Assembly (NCBI GenBank): GCA_017617435.1
Contig: JAFZWF010000021.1
Location: forward strand, 1-52,509
DNA length: 52,509 nt
Origin: Bacilli bacterium
GTDB taxonomy: Bacteria; Bacillota_I; Bacilli_A; RF39; UBA660
Direction of reading: 5' to 3'
In this document: positions 18,966 through 29,347 of the stretch, one piece after another
Numbering within the stretch: position 1 is the stretch's first letter
Layout of the letters: every line of letters starts with the position of its first letter
Position numbers and translations under genes: made by a program
Notes under the pieces: model-generated
The model's database searches: none
Seen by the model: only the letters and a program-made list of their open reading frames with translations
Told to the model about the DNA's origin: nothing

Positions 18966-19797
18966 TAAAATAACCCTCATTTTTTAATTCATTATATTGA
19001 CTTTTAGATAGATCAATAACTTGTTTTATATTTTCTTTCATATCAGATATAATTTCATAAAACTCTTCTTTAGTAAATAAACTTTCGTTTAATTCCTCAA
19101 GCTTACTAACTATGAAATATGTAGCTTGATTTAAATCCATATGTCTAAATTCCATTTTAAATCTTAATTTTCCAAATGGTGATTTATAATACTTTGTATA
19201 AATATTATATAAACATGAATATATATAATATTCAGCTTCTTTTATTGCTTCTTCGTCAGTAATGTCAGAAAATATCTTCTCAAGTTCTAATTTATGACCA
19301 CCTAGAAAATACTTTTGAACTGCCTTTCTAACAGAAACAATATAATTATTTTTCATAAATTCATCAATATCAGGTTTATGAGATAAATCACTCATTATAG
19401 CAATTAGATATTCATCATATTTCTTTTTATGTTCATTTTCATATTTTAAAGTGTAATAAACTGAGTCTTTTTCAAATTGTTTTACTGAACCATTTAAAAA
19501 ATCAATTAAAATCTTTTCATCATATTTGCTGCTGTTATATTTAATAATATCATTAATATCAAGTGAAGGAAGACAATTTAAAAAAACGCTAATTGAATAA
19601 TAAGCAATAGATATAATTTTCTCTTCTTCAGATAAATTATCAATATTGTTTATTTTATTAACAGCTTTATAGTTATAGTAAGCATTTCTAACTCTATCTA
19701 TATAACCAGATTCATATAGCTCGCTTAACTTAGGAACATCACATAAAGTTATATCTTCATCATTAGAAACATTTGTATTAACATTTTTATCAGGCAT
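18940..19797 (-). CDS. Hypothetical protein with an internal two-fold repeat
   Basis: 285-aa ORF with a purine-rich RBS (AGGGATG) and an upstream consensus promoter. Confidence 0.75.
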   Translation of the reverse strand: MPDKNVNTNVSNDEDITLCDVPKLSELYESGYIDRVRNAYYNYKAVNKINNIDNLSEEEKIISIAYYSISVFLNCLPSLDINDIIKYNSSKYDEKILIDFLNGSVKQFEKDSVYYTLKYENEHKKKYDEYLIAIMSDLSHKPDIDEFMKNNYIVSVRKAVQKYFLGGHKLELEKIFSDITDEEAIKEAEYYIYSCLYNIYTKYYKSPFGKLRFKMEFRHMDLNQATYFIVSKLEELNESLFTKEEFYEIISDMKENIKQVIDLSKSQYNELKNEGYFNEKYRRTN

Positions 19798-19835
19798 CTA
19801 TCATCCCTTATTTCATAAAAAATATTTTAATGTTT

Positions 19836-19864
19836 ATTTTAAGAAAAATATAATATTTTGTCAA
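19836..19864 (-). promoter_or_regulatory. sigma-A promoter for the orphan gene pair
   Basis: Minus strand TTGACA-17 nt-TAAAAT just downstream of the rpe terminator. Confidence 0.7.
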
Positions 19865-19866
19865 AT

Positions 19867-19892
19867 AAAAAGGCTTTTATAAAAAAGCCTTA
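19867..19892 (-). terminator. Terminator of the rlmN-rpe operon
   Basis: AAGGCTTTT / AAAAGCCTT inverted repeat. Confidence 0.65.
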
Positions 19893-19896
19893 ATTA

Positions 19897-20532
19897 TTAA
19901 TTTAATAATTTTTTTATAGGTCTATTAAAGTTTTCATTAGTACATATGTAAGCACCAACAACAAATATATCAATAGGATATTTAACTAATCTGTGATATA
20001 CTTCATCATTGATTCCACCATCAATTTCTAATATAAACTCTTCACCATCATCTTTTAAATTAGTAAAATATTCAATTTTAGATAAAACATCTTTTTGAAA
20101 TTCCTGACCACCATAGCCAGCTTGAACGCTCATAACTAAAATTAGATCAGATAAACTATATAAATTTTCATATTCTTCAACATCAACATCATAATTTATA
20201 GCAATTCCAACTTTTATACCTAAATCTTTTATTTTATTAACAACTTTAATTGGATCATCTACAGCATCTGGATGAAAAGTTATAAATTCTGGATGAATTT
20301 GTTCAAGTTCATTTATATATTTTAAAGGATCTCTAACCATCAAATGAATGTCTTTCTTCTTATTTATATCTTCAAAATTATTTAAAATTTCTTTAATGTT
20401 TATGTTATTATTTTCAACATATTTTCCATCCATTAAATCTAAATGAATAAAGTCAACATCACTTATTTTATCAAGCAAATGGACAGTTTTATTCATATCA
20501 TAAACACTTTTTAAATAAGAAACACTAATCAT
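19897..20532 (-). CDS. rpe: Ribulose-phosphate 3-epimerase
   Basis: HLDLMDG, DIHLMV, LVMSV.AGYGGQ, EIDGGIN. Confidence 0.95.
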   Translation of the reverse strand: MISVSYLKSVYDMNKTVHLLDKISDVDFIHLDLMDGKYVENNNINIKEILNNFEDINKKKDIHLMVRDPLKYINELEQIHPEFITFHPDAVDDPIKVVNKIKDLGIKVGIAINYDVDVEEYENLYSLSDLILVMSVQAGYGGQEFQKDVLSKIEYFTNLKDDGEEFILEIDGGINDEVYHRLVKYPIDIFVVGAYICTNENFNRPIKKLLN

Positions 20533-21368
20533 TTTTTTATCTCCTTATAAAATGATACATAGCTATCATATCTAGATTTCATAATTCTATTTAACTTAAC
20601 AGCGTTTTTAACGCTACAGTTTTTCTCATCAACATGAGAGCAATCTTTAAAATCACACTCATAATTATTAAATTCGGGAAAGCCCATCATTATATTATCT
20701 TTATTAATATCAACTAAATCAAGTGATGAAAATCCAGGTGTATCTGCAAAATATATGTTATCAATTTCATGAATCTCAGTATGTCTTGTTGTATGAACAC
20801 CTCTACCTAATGCATCAGAAATTGGTTTGGTTTCTAAATTAAGATTAACATCAAGTTTATTAAGTAAAGTTGATTTTCCTGCACCAGTTTGACCAGTTAA
20901 AACAACTACTTTACCTTTCAAATATTTCTTTAAAAGTGCTAAATTATTATTATAAAAAACTTTAATTCCAATGTTTTCATAATATTTTAATATCTTTTTA
21001 TATTTTCCCCTTTTAAAGAAACCAACTAGATCGAGTTTAGTTATACAAATTACAGGTTCTATATTTTTCTCTTTAATAACTAATATTAATTTATCAAGTA
21101 AGTTATATGATATATCAGGTTTTTTAATACTTGTTACGATAAGAGCAATATCAACATTACTTATTTGAGGTCGATTTAAATAATTTTTTCTTTCTAAAAT
21201 CTTAATGATATAGTTATCATTTAAATCAACTTCAACAAAATCACCAACAAGAGGTGTTTCCTTAGCAAAGCGAAACTTACCTCTTGCTCTACATTCATAA
21301 AATTTATCATCAACTTTAACAGTATAAAGATTACTAATAATTTTTACAATTTGCCCATTACTTACCAT
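20529..21368 (-). CDS. rsgA: Ribosome small subunit-dependent GTPase A
   Basis: TKLDL, GQTGAGKST, GVHTTRH, DTPGFS and zinc site CDFKDCSH...C. Confidence 0.96.
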   Translation of the reverse strand: MVSNGQIVKIISNLYTVKVDDKFYECRARGKFRFAKETPLVGDFVEVDLNDNYIIKILERKNYLNRPQISNVDIALIVTSIKKPDISYNLLDKLILVIKEKNIEPVICITKLDLVGFFKRGKYKKILKYYENIGIKVFYNNNLALLKKYLKGKVVVLTGQTGAGKSTLLNKLDVNLNLETKPISDALGRGVHTTRHTEIHEIDNIYFADTPGFSSLDLVDINKDNIMMGFPEFNNYECDFKDCSHVDEKNCSVKNAVKLNRIMKSRYDSYVSFYKEIKK

Positions 21369-21374
21369 AATTTA

Positions 21375-23138
21375 TTAATACCATGTAGTATCATCATCAG
21401 GATTATCTGGTTGATCAACAGGGTTTTCAACAACACTGATTCTGAACTTTTGTCCTTCTCTAATAGTATAACCTTCTTGTGGATTTTGACTAACAATTGT
21501 TCCATCATCTTTAGTAGAATCAGCTACTTTATTTACCTCAACTTCTAAGCCATTTTCATCAGCAAAAGCTTTTACTTTAGCTTCAGTCCAATCACCTGTA
21601 ACAAAGTTAGGGTACTTTTTAGATGTATCAGCAACATACAATGTTATAGTATCACCTGCAGATAATTTTTGACCTACTTCAACAGATTGACCTATTATTT
21701 CGTTTTCATCAGCTACATCTCCACCCTCAAGTTCTTGTTCCTCTTTTAAAACGTGAATTTTTTGAGCCTCAAGGGCACCTTTAACTTCAGAAAAATTCTT
21801 ACCAGTATAGTTATCTACAGTTATCTTTGCATCTCCTAAAGATACATATAAAACAACCTCATATCCTTTTTTCCTTCTTGTTCCTGCAACAGGATTTGTT
21901 CTAATAACATTCCCTTCAGGAATAGTTTCAGAAGCTTGCTCTACTTGTTCTTCACTAATTTGGAATCCTTTATCTTGAATAATTTTTGTAGCTTCTTTTA
22001 AAGTTTTATTTGTTACATCAGGTATTTCTATTTGTGACTTAGATGTAACAATTGGAATTAAAATTACAATTGACGTAATTATAATAACTAAGCCAGTAAA
22101 TATAGATGCTAGAACAATTAATAATTTATTTTGCTTCTTTGATTCAGAAGAATCATCTTTTTTCTTTTCTTTTACTTTTTTTATTTTTTTACCATTTTTC
22201 TTTGCATCTTCATTTGCTGATTCTTTTTCCTTTTCTTTAATAACTTTTAACATTTTAGTTTCGTCATAATCATTTTCAGGATATTTAAAAGTATATTTTT
22301 CTTCATTTAATCTTTCTTCATCTAAACATGTTTTTAAATCTTCATACATTTCTTTAGCATCAGCATATCTATTTTTAGGATTCTTAGCTGTTGCCTTAAT
22401 AATGATATTTTCAACACTTTGAGGAATAGATGGAAGTTGTTCCCTAATTGATGGAAGTGGTTCTTTTAAATGTTTTAAAGCTATTTCAACAGCGTTATCT
22501 CCATGATACGGAAGTTTACCTGTTAATAGTTCATACATTAAAATTCCCATAGAGTATATATCTGATTGAAGTGATGCTCCTTTACCACTTGCTTGTTCAG
22601 GTGGTAAATAGTGTACACTTCCCATAACAGAGTTTGTTTGAGTTAATTGTGTAGAATTCATTGCCATTGCAATACCAAAGTCTGTTATTTTAACTAAACC
22701 ATTTTCCAAAATCATAATATTTTGAGGTTTAATATCTCTATGTATTAAATATTGGTCATGAGCAACAGATAAACCAGATGCTATTTGCATCATAATATCA
22801 ATTGCTTCAGAAACGGTAAGTTTACCTCTTTTTTTAAGAAGAGTTTTTAAATGTTTACCATCAATATATTCCATAACAATATAGTACATGCCATTATCTT
22901 CACCAACATCATATACTTCAACTATATTTTGATTGTAAAGCGAACTAGCTGCTAGAGCTTCTCTTTGAAAACGCCTTACAAATTTTTCATCACTTGCTAA
23001 GTCTCCCCTTAAAATCTTAACAGCAACATTACGATCTAATATAGTGTCATAAGCTAGATAAACATTAGCCATTCCGCCTTCACCAATGCTTTTAATTATT
23101 TGGTAACGATCAGAAATTTTTTGACCCTTCACGATCAT
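21375..23138 (-). CDS. pknB: PASTA-domain Ser/Thr protein kinase (PrkC/PknB)
   Basis: GEGGMA, HRDIKPQN, TDFG, TM helix, about three PASTA repeats. Confidence 0.96.
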   Translation of the reverse strand: MIVKGQKISDRYQIIKSIGEGGMANVYLAYDTILDRNVAVKILRGDLASDEKFVRRFQREALAASSLYNQNIVEVYDVGEDNGMYYIVMEYIDGKHLKTLLKKRGKLTVSEAIDIMMQIASGLSVAHDQYLIHRDIKPQNIMILENGLVKITDFGIAMAMNSTQLTQTNSVMGSVHYLPPEQASGKGASLQSDIYSMGILMYELLTGKLPYHGDNAVEIALKHLKEPLPSIREQLPSIPQSVENIIIKATAKNPKNRYADAKEMYEDLKTCLDEERLNEEKYTFKYPENDYDETKMLKVIKEKEKESANEDAKKNGKKIKKVKEKKKDDSSESKKQNKLLIVLASIFTGLVIIITSIVILIPIVTSKSQIEIPDVTNKTLKEATKIIQDKGFQISEEQVEQASETIPEGNVIRTNPVAGTRRKKGYEVVLYVSLGDAKITVDNYTGKNFSEVKGALEAQKIHVLKEEQELEGGDVADENEIIGQSVEVGQKLSAGDTITLYVADTSKKYPNFVTGDWTEAKVKAFADENGLEVEVNKVADSTKDDGTIVSQNPQEGYTIREGQKFRISVVENPVDQPDNPDDDTTWY

Positions 23139-23881
23139 AATGTTTCACTTCCTTTCCTTTCAAGATAAGCAATTGAGATGTTATCAACTCCACCTCTTGC
23201 ATTTGCTTTTCTTACGAGTTTAATTATTTTTTCTTCAAGCTCTAAAGTATCATCAAGTAAAACTTTTTCTATTTGTTCATCAGTAAGCATATTAGTTAAA
23301 CCATCACTACAAAGTAGTACAGCATCAGAATCATTATCAACATCAAGAATATCTGGTTCAGCTTTTTCTCCAGATCCAAGTGCTTTTAATAAAACATTTT
23401 TCTTTGGATGATTTCTTGCTTCTTCTTCAGTAATGTCTCCAGATTCAACTAGTAAATTAACCAAAGTATGAGGTTTAGTTACTTTATGAAGTTTATTACT
23501 TTTCATAACGTAACCTGATGAATCACCTACATTACCTATAAGTAAATATTCATTTGTAATTATAGATAAAACAACAGTAGTTCCAAGACCACTAGAATCA
23601 ATATGGGTTGCTCCATAATCAATTATTAAATCATTCATTTCATCTAAAACAGTTTTAAGCCATGCTATTGCGCTAGCTTTATCGCCAACTGTATTAGTTT
23701 CAACAAATTTTTTGGCTAAATAATTAACTACTAGCTGAGATGCAACTTCACCTTTTCTATGACCGCCCATACCATCAGCAACAACCATTAAATATTCATT
23801 TGAATTATTTTTTAAAATTGTAACACTATCTTCGTTATGACTTCTTACTTTACCAACATCAGTTAAATAAAATGATTTCAT
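23135..23881 (-). CDS. stp: PP2C Ser/Thr phosphatase (Stp1/PrpC)
   Basis: RSHNED, VADGMGGH, LCSDGL, DNIS; coupled to the kinase gene. Confidence 0.95.
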   Translation of the reverse strand: MKSFYLTDVGKVRSHNEDSVTILKNNSNEYLMVVADGMGGHRKGEVASQLVVNYLAKKFVETNTVGDKASAIAWLKTVLDEMNDLIIDYGATHIDSSGLGTTVVLSIITNEYLLIGNVGDSSGYVMKSNKLHKVTKPHTLVNLLVESGDITEEEARNHPKKNVLLKALGSGEKAEPDILDVDNDSDAVLLCSDGLTNMLTDEQIEKVLLDDTLELEEKIIKLVRKANARGGVDNISIAYLERKGSETL

Positions 23882-24901
23882 TTATTTCACCTCTTTACTT
23901 CTTAGTTGACCACACGCAGCTGAAATCTTCGAACCAAATTCTTTTCTTATAGTTACATTGATTCCACCCTTTTTTAATATATCGTAAAATTTAAGTATTT
24001 TATCCTTTGGACTTTTTTTATAAATAATATGACTGGTTTCATTATACGGAATTAAATTAACATAAACATTTTTCCCTTTTAAAAGATTAATTAATTCCTT
24101 AGCATTAACTTCATTATCATTTACATCATTAAGCATAACATATTCTATAGTCACTCGTCTATTAGTATGTTCAATATATTTGTCAATTGCACTAATTAGT
24201 TCATCCAAAGAATATGCTTTATTAATTGGCATAAGTTTACTTCTAAGTTCATTATTTGATGCATGAAGTGATATTGCCAAATTAATTTGTAGTGGTAATT
24301 CTTGAAGCAATTTTATCTTTGGAACCAAACCACAAGTTGATAGTGTTATATGTCTTGCACCAATTGCAAGCCCTTTATCATCATTTATTATTTTAATAAA
24401 TTCTAAAACATTATCGTAATTATCAAGAGGTTCACCAATACCCATAATAACAACACTTGATATTCTTTTATTAATATCATTTTCAATTAATAAAATTTGT
24501 TCTACCATTTCATATGTTTCAAGATTTCTTACCTTCTTAAGTCTACCACTTTCACAAAAACTGCATCCCATATTGCAACCTACTTGACTTGATATACAAA
24601 CAGATAAACCATAATCATGTTCCATCAAAACAGCTTCAATATGATTATTATCTTCTAGTTCAAATAGATACTTCTTAGTTAAATTATCTTCTTCCTTCTT
24701 TTTAATTTTAATCATAAAATGATTAAAAGAAGAAACCAATTTTTCTCTTGTATCATTTTTAAAATTTGACCAATTTATAGGATCATAACTTTTTTTATCA
24801 TAAAGCCATTCAATTGCTTGACTAGCTTTAAAAGATTTTTCACCTATTTCTTCAAAATATTTAATAAATGATTCTCTTGATAAATCCATTATATGTTTCA
24901 T
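23882..24901 (-). CDS. rlmN: Dual-specificity RNA methyltransferase (radical SAM)
   Basis: CISSQVGCNMGCSFC, MGIGEP, AACGQL; likely ATG 24901 (ORF extends to 24916). Confidence 0.96.
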   Translation of the reverse strand: MKHIMDLSRESFIKYFEEIGEKSFKASQAIEWLYDKKSYDPINWSNFKNDTREKLVSSFNHFMIKIKKKEEDNLTKKYLFELEDNNHIEAVLMEHDYGLSVCISSQVGCNMGCSFCESGRLKKVRNLETYEMVEQILLIENDINKRISSVVIMGIGEPLDNYDNVLEFIKIINDDKGLAIGARHITLSTCGLVPKIKLLQELPLQINLAISLHASNNELRSKLMPINKAYSLDELISAIDKYIEHTNRRVTIEYVMLNDVNDNEVNAKELINLLKGKNVYVNLIPYNETSHIIYKKSPKDKILKFYDILKKGGINVTIRKEFGSKISAACGQLRSKEVK

Positions 24902-24957
24902 CTTATCCACCATCATAAAATATTATATCACAGCAATAAAAAAATGGGCAATTTTAT

Positions 24958-25626
24958 TTAGTTATTCCCATCTTTATATATATGTGATATTAATCCTTTT
25001 TGATCCTTATATTGTTCATAAAATTCAGGATCAAATAACATTTTTTTAATATCTTTAAATTTTTTATATTTTGGTTTAGTTTTTGTTATTTTAAATTTAA
25101 GTTTAAGAGTTTTAAAGGTGTAATCAATTAAAGTTATAAGTTCTGCAATAATCGCAGGAACTGCAATTAGAAAATTTATTAATGATCTATGTGGTTTTGA
25201 TAAAAAGAAACCAAGAATTACACTAAGTGATAAAAACCACATTTTTGTTTTACCAATCTGACTAGATTTAACATTACCATTTTTCATTAATGCAAACGTA
25301 TTAACAATAAATATTAATAATTCTAAAGCAATTGAAACAATCATAAAAGGATTTAAATAACATAGTATCAAACAGGAAATAATTGCCATGACTTTATCAC
25401 AAACGCCATCCATAATGCTTCCAAAAAAAGTACAAACATTATGTTTTCTTGCAAGATATCCGTCAATCCAATCAGTTGCAAATAACACTGATAAAATAAT
25501 TCCAATTACATTTTGACCATAATAAAAAAAGATAGGAAATAATAATGCAGATCCTAGTATTCTTGATAACGTAATTGCATTAACAATTATAAAATATTTC
25601 TTTCTTTTTTTATCCATTTTAATCAC
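24958..25626 (-). CDS. CDP-alcohol phosphatidyltransferase family protein
   Basis: NAITLSR and TDWIDGYLARK...FGSIMDGVCDK signature. Confidence 0.9.
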   Translation of the reverse strand: MIKMDKKRKKYFIIVNAITLSRILGSALLFPIFFYYGQNVIGIILSVLFATDWIDGYLARKHNVCTFFGSIMDGVCDKVMAIISCLILCYLNPFMIVSIALELLIFIVNTFALMKNGNVKSSQIGKTKMWFLSLSVILGFFLSKPHRSLINFLIAVPAIIAELITLIDYTFKTLKLKFKITKTKPKYKKFKDIKKMLFDPEFYEQYKDQKGLISHIYKDGNN

Positions 25627-25637
25627 TAATTTCTTTT

Positions 25638-26336
25638 TTAAATATTTTCTTCTTCAGAAGTAATATCGTCATTTCCTTCTTCAGTTACAACTTCTTCTTT
25701 AACTCCTAAAGTTAATGTGTATGTATCATTACTATCTTTTATTTCTATTTTATTTATTTTTTCTTTATCAAAGTAGAATTTATAAGAATAATTATTTGTT
25801 AAAACAAAATTATATCTATCTTTTAAACTTGATGATGTTGTTTTAAGGCTTTCAATAACGGTATAAATATATGTTATATCAAAATAATTATATTCAATAT
25901 CACTTGGACAAGTTTCATCTTCAACTTGAATATACTCTCCATTTTCTTCACGAACAATTTTACATAAACCAGCAGAAACATAAATATTTTTAGATTCACC
26001 ATCACTTAAAAGTGTACCATAAATGTCGTTATCAGCAATTTTTACTCCTGAAAAATAATATGTTTTACTTGGTTTATTAATAACAAAATTATATGTTGTA
26101 TTTTTATCTAAATAATAATCAAATAATTTTTTTGTATCTTTTCCTAAAACAGGTTTATTAACATCTGTTGTTTTAGATCCAATATTTATAACAAGTAGTA
26201 TAACTAAAAAGAAAACTAAATATGCACCTAAAACCATTAAAGCATGAGTTCTTGGATTATACCAAAGTTTAATAAAAAGACTATCATCTTCTTTTATTTC
26301 TCTAGGTTCTTTTTTCTTTGTAGTAAATAATCCCAT
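25638..26336 (-). CDS. Hypothetical single-pass membrane protein
   Basis: One N-terminal TM segment; start overlaps the fmt stop. Confidence 0.7.
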   Translation of the reverse strand: MGLFTTKKKEPREIKEDDSLFIKLWYNPRTHALMVLGAYLVFFLVILLVINIGSKTTDVNKPVLGKDTKKLFDYYLDKNTTYNFVINKPSKTYYFSGVKIADNDIYGTLLSDGESKNIYVSAGLCKIVREENGEYIQVEDETCPSDIEYNYFDITYIYTVIESLKTTSSSLKDRYNFVLTNNYSYKFYFDKEKINKIEIKDSNDTYTLTLGVKEEVVTEEGNDDITSEEENI

Positions 26337-27259
26337 TATTTAACACTCCATTTCGTTATATCTTCATGTAAACCATTCAAAAAATCCTTAACTAGCATTT
26401 TCTTTTTACCAAATGGTTTAATCTCATCAAAATAAATTATACCGTTACTACATGTAACGCCAAATTTATCTTTTTCTTTAACTACCCTTTTAGTTTTATC
26501 AACATTAGTTTCATAAAAATGAGCGGATAATATTTTATATTCAACATCATTTAAAATGGTATTTGCAGTAGGCCATGGATTAAGACCTCGAATTAAATTT
26601 ATAATTTCTTGACCTTTTTTATCAAAATCTATGTGTTCTTCTTCCCTTTTAATATTGTATGCAAAAGTAACTTTGCTTTCGTCTTGCTTAAATCTGTCAT
26701 TTGTTCCATTAATTATTAAAGGTAATGTTCTTCTAAGTAAAAAAGCTCCCATAGTAGATAAGCGATCATGTAAAGATCCAACATTATCAGATGAATCAAT
26801 AATAGTTTCTTCCTGAGAAATTATATCCCCATCATCCATTCCTTTAGCCATGTACATAATAGTAATACCAGTTTTATCATATCCATCAATAATTGCATGA
26901 TGAATTGGTGCTCCACCTCTTAAATATGGTAAAAGTGAAGCATGAACGTTTATTGATGCTATCTTTGGATGATTCAAAATTACTTCTGGTAAAATTTGAC
27001 CATATGCACAAGTAACAATTAAGTCAACTTCAGTTTCCAGTATTCGTAATGTTTCATCTCTTAATTTTTCTGGTTGAAAAACCGGAATATTATTTTTAAC
27101 AGCAAGTTCTTTTATAGGTGAGAAAACAAGTTCTTGTTTTCTACCCACTAATTTATCTGGTTGTGTAACAACCAAAACAACATCAGTTAGCTCTATTAAA
27201 GTTTCTAAAATGGGAACAGCAAAAGAAGGCGTCCCCATAAAAATTACTTTTGGTTTCAT
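26336..27259 (-). CDS. fmt: Methionyl-tRNA formyltransferase
   Basis: FMGTP, VTQPD, NVHASLLP.LRGGAPI, GLNPWP. Confidence 0.97.
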   Translation of the reverse strand: MKPKVIFMGTPSFAVPILETLIELTDVVLVVTQPDKLVGRKQELVFSPIKELAVKNNIPVFQPEKLRDETLRILETEVDLIVTCAYGQILPEVILNHPKIASINVHASLLPYLRGGAPIHHAIIDGYDKTGITIMYMAKGMDDGDIISQEETIIDSSDNVGSLHDRLSTMGAFLLRRTLPLIINGTNDRFKQDESKVTFAYNIKREEEHIDFDKKGQEIINLIRGLNPWPTANTILNDVEYKILSAHFYETNVDKTKRVVKEKDKFGVTCSNGIIYFDEIKPFGKKKMLVKDFLNGLHEDITKWSVK

Positions 27260-27272
27260 TTAAAATTCACCT

Positions 27273-27692
27273 CTAGTCAAAATTATTAAGTACAGCGTAC
27301 ACAACTCCATTTTTTATATAGATTGTTATAGTTTTTGTTAACAAACTTGTATCATTTCTTGGGTCTTTTATATCATCAACAGTAAGTCCATTATCTTTTA
27401 CAAGATAACCATTTTGTAAAAGGGTTGATACTGTAACATCATTCATAGATGGATAGGATCTACCTGATGAAGGTTCTACATATGTTTGTGTTGATTGATA
27501 TAAAATATATTCTCTATTATCTTCACCATATTCTTCAGCAGCCGTTTTTATAAGGCTCTTCTTAGTTTCATAGTTCTTATTATTAATTTTATTTTGAGCA
27601 TATTTTATTGATGGAACTGCAATTAATGTAATTATTGTTATTAAGACTATTATTGTTAAAAGTTCAATTAATGTAAAACCTCTTTTATTCAT
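27273..27692 (-). CDS. Type IV prepilin-like protein
   Basis: MNKRG^FTLIELL class III signal followed by a hydrophobic helix. Confidence 0.9.
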   Translation of the reverse strand: MNKRGFTLIELLTIIVLITIITLIAVPSIKYAQNKINNKNYETKKSLIKTAAEEYGEDNREYILYQSTQTYVEPSSGRSYPSMNDVTVSTLLQNGYLVKDNGLTVDDIKDPRNDTSLLTKTITIYIKNGVVYAVLNNFD

Positions 27693-27747
27693 ATCCTATC
27701 ACCATATATTATTATAACATAAAAAAAATGATTTCAAAAAGAAATCA

Positions 27748-27993
27748 TTAAAAAGAATCAATATTTAATTTAATTTTTTTATTATCATGTAAGTATGCAT
27801 AAGCTTGTACAATTGTTCTTAGAGAATTAGCCATACGACCATTTTTTCCAATTACTGCACCTTTATCTGAATCAGCAACAATAATTTCTAAGATTTGAGA
27901 ATCTTCTTCCCCTCCAAAACTTTGTACTTTAACCATATCCGGTTCTTTAACAATACTTTTAATTAAATTTTCAGTAAATTCTACAATTTCCAT
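27748..27993 (-). CDS. khpA: KH-domain RNA-binding protein
   Basis: DKGAVIGKNGR; directly downstream of rpsP. Confidence 0.93.
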   Translation of the reverse strand: MEIVEFTENLIKSIVKEPDMVKVQSFGGEEDSQILEIIVADSDKGAVIGKNGRMANSLRTIVQAYAYLHDNKKIKLNIDSF

Positions 27994-27995
27994 AA

Positions 27996-28277
27996 TTATT
28001 TACCTGCTTTTTTATTTTTTTGTGCAGCAAATTTTGCCATAATACCTTTTTTAGATAAAATACTTTTTACAGTATCAGTTGGTTGTGCACCATTATTTAA
28101 CCATTTTAATGCTTTTTCTTCATCAACAGTAACGTCAGCATCTTTTTTAATTGGATCATAAGTTCCTACAGTTTCAATAAAGCGTCCATCTCTTGGAAAT
28201 CTTGAATCAGCAGCAACAATACGATAAAAAGGTTTTTGTTTAGAACCCATTCTTTTTAATCTTAATTTAACAGCCAT
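27996..28277 (-). CDS. rpsP: 30S ribosomal protein S16
   Basis: [11 protein letters not shown]...PFYRIV...PRDGRFIE...GAQPTDTV. Confidence 0.98.
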   Translation of the reverse strand: MAVKLRLKRMGSKQKPFYRIVAADSRFPRDGRFIETVGTYDPIKKDADVTVDEEKALKWLNNGAQPTDTVKSILSKKGIMAKFAAQKNKKAGK

Positions 28278-28302
28278 GAATATACCTCCTTAATTGCATC
28301 TT

Positions 28303-28331
28303 ATTTTACTCCATACTAAGTTATATGTCAA
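28303..28331 (-). promoter_or_regulatory. sigma-A promoter of rpsP
   Basis: Minus strand TTGACA-17 nt-TAAAAT. Confidence 0.75.
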
Positions 28332-28349
28332 CTATTTTTGGTTAACAGT

Positions 28350-28874
28350 TTAATTTAAATATTCTGGTTCTATTTGTGAAATAATATTATCAACCTCTCC
28401 ATCATCAATTATTTCTTCATAATCATCTTCATCATCTTCAATATTTACACGAATTTTTGCTTCACCAACAACTTCTACACCTAGTTCTTTTTCAATAACA
28501 AGTTTTATATCTCCATCAACTGTTTTTACATCAATAACATTAGGTTGTTTTAAACTTTTAACAATTATTTCAGACGAATCGGTAATTACATCAGTATTTT
28601 TTATCGGTACATTCATAATCTCTTCATAATTAAAAGTTTTATTTATAACAGCAGTTTTATGATTACTATCATATGAATACCATACGTTTATATCATATGA
28701 ACCATTTACTTTAACACGTCCAACATCATTATTTCCTTTAAAAGTATGGTTAATAACCCAACATCCTAAAACAGTACTTGGTGTTTGTTCAGTTTTAATT
28801 AAAACTTCATTCTTACTTGTTTTTTTAGCTTTACCAATAACTGTTTTAGTTACAATTTCTTTATAACTTGCCAA
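28350..28874 (-). CDS. cotE: Outer spore coat morphogenetic protein CotE
   Basis: YKEIVTKTVIGK, PSTVLGCWVINH, GSYDINVWYSY, VEVVGE and acidic tail; TTG start. Confidence 0.9.
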   Translation of the reverse strand: MASYKEIVTKTVIGKAKKTSKNEVLIKTEQTPSTVLGCWVINHTFKGNNDVGRVKVNGSYDINVWYSYDSNHKTAVINKTFNYEEIMNVPIKNTDVITDSSEIIVKSLKQPNVIDVKTVDGDIKLVIEKELGVEVVGEAKIRVNIEDDEDDYEEIIDDGEVDNIISQIEPEYLN

Positions 28875-28975
28875 CTTAGTAGCCCCCTTTTAATATAATC
28901 TATGCTAACACCTATAAAAAAGTACCTAAATCAAATTTTATTTGTTATAATGATTAAAGGATAGGAGTTATAAAT

Positions 28976-29341
28976 ATGGATTGTATATTTTGTAAAATTA
29001 TAAACGGAGAAATACCATCAAAAAAAATCTATGAAGATGATTTAGTAATTGGTATTTTAGATATTGAACCAAATGGTGACGGACACACTTTAATTATTCC
29101 TAAAAAACACTATACAGATTATAAGGAACTACCTGATGATTTAGTACTACATATTAACAAAGTAACTAAAATAATAGCCGATAAACTAGAAAGTAAACTT
29201 CATAAAAATAGTGTTACTTTCTTTGTAAATTATTTGGATGCTCAAGTAGTAAAACATTTTCATAAACATATAGTTCCTGGATACCGTCAAGGATTAAAAT
29301 ATACTGTTGATGAAGCATATAAAATAATTATGGAGGACTAG
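28976..29341 (+). CDS. HIT family hydrolase
   Basis: MDCIFCKII.GEIP, GHTLIIPKKH, HFHKH. Confidence 0.93.
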   Translation: MDCIFCKIINGEIPSKKIYEDDLVIGILDIEPNGDGHTLIIPKKHYTDYKELPDDLVLHINKVTKIIADKLESKLHKNSVTFFVNYLDAQVVKHFHKHIVPGYRQGLKYTVDEAYKIIMED

Positions 29342-29347
29342 CAAAAA

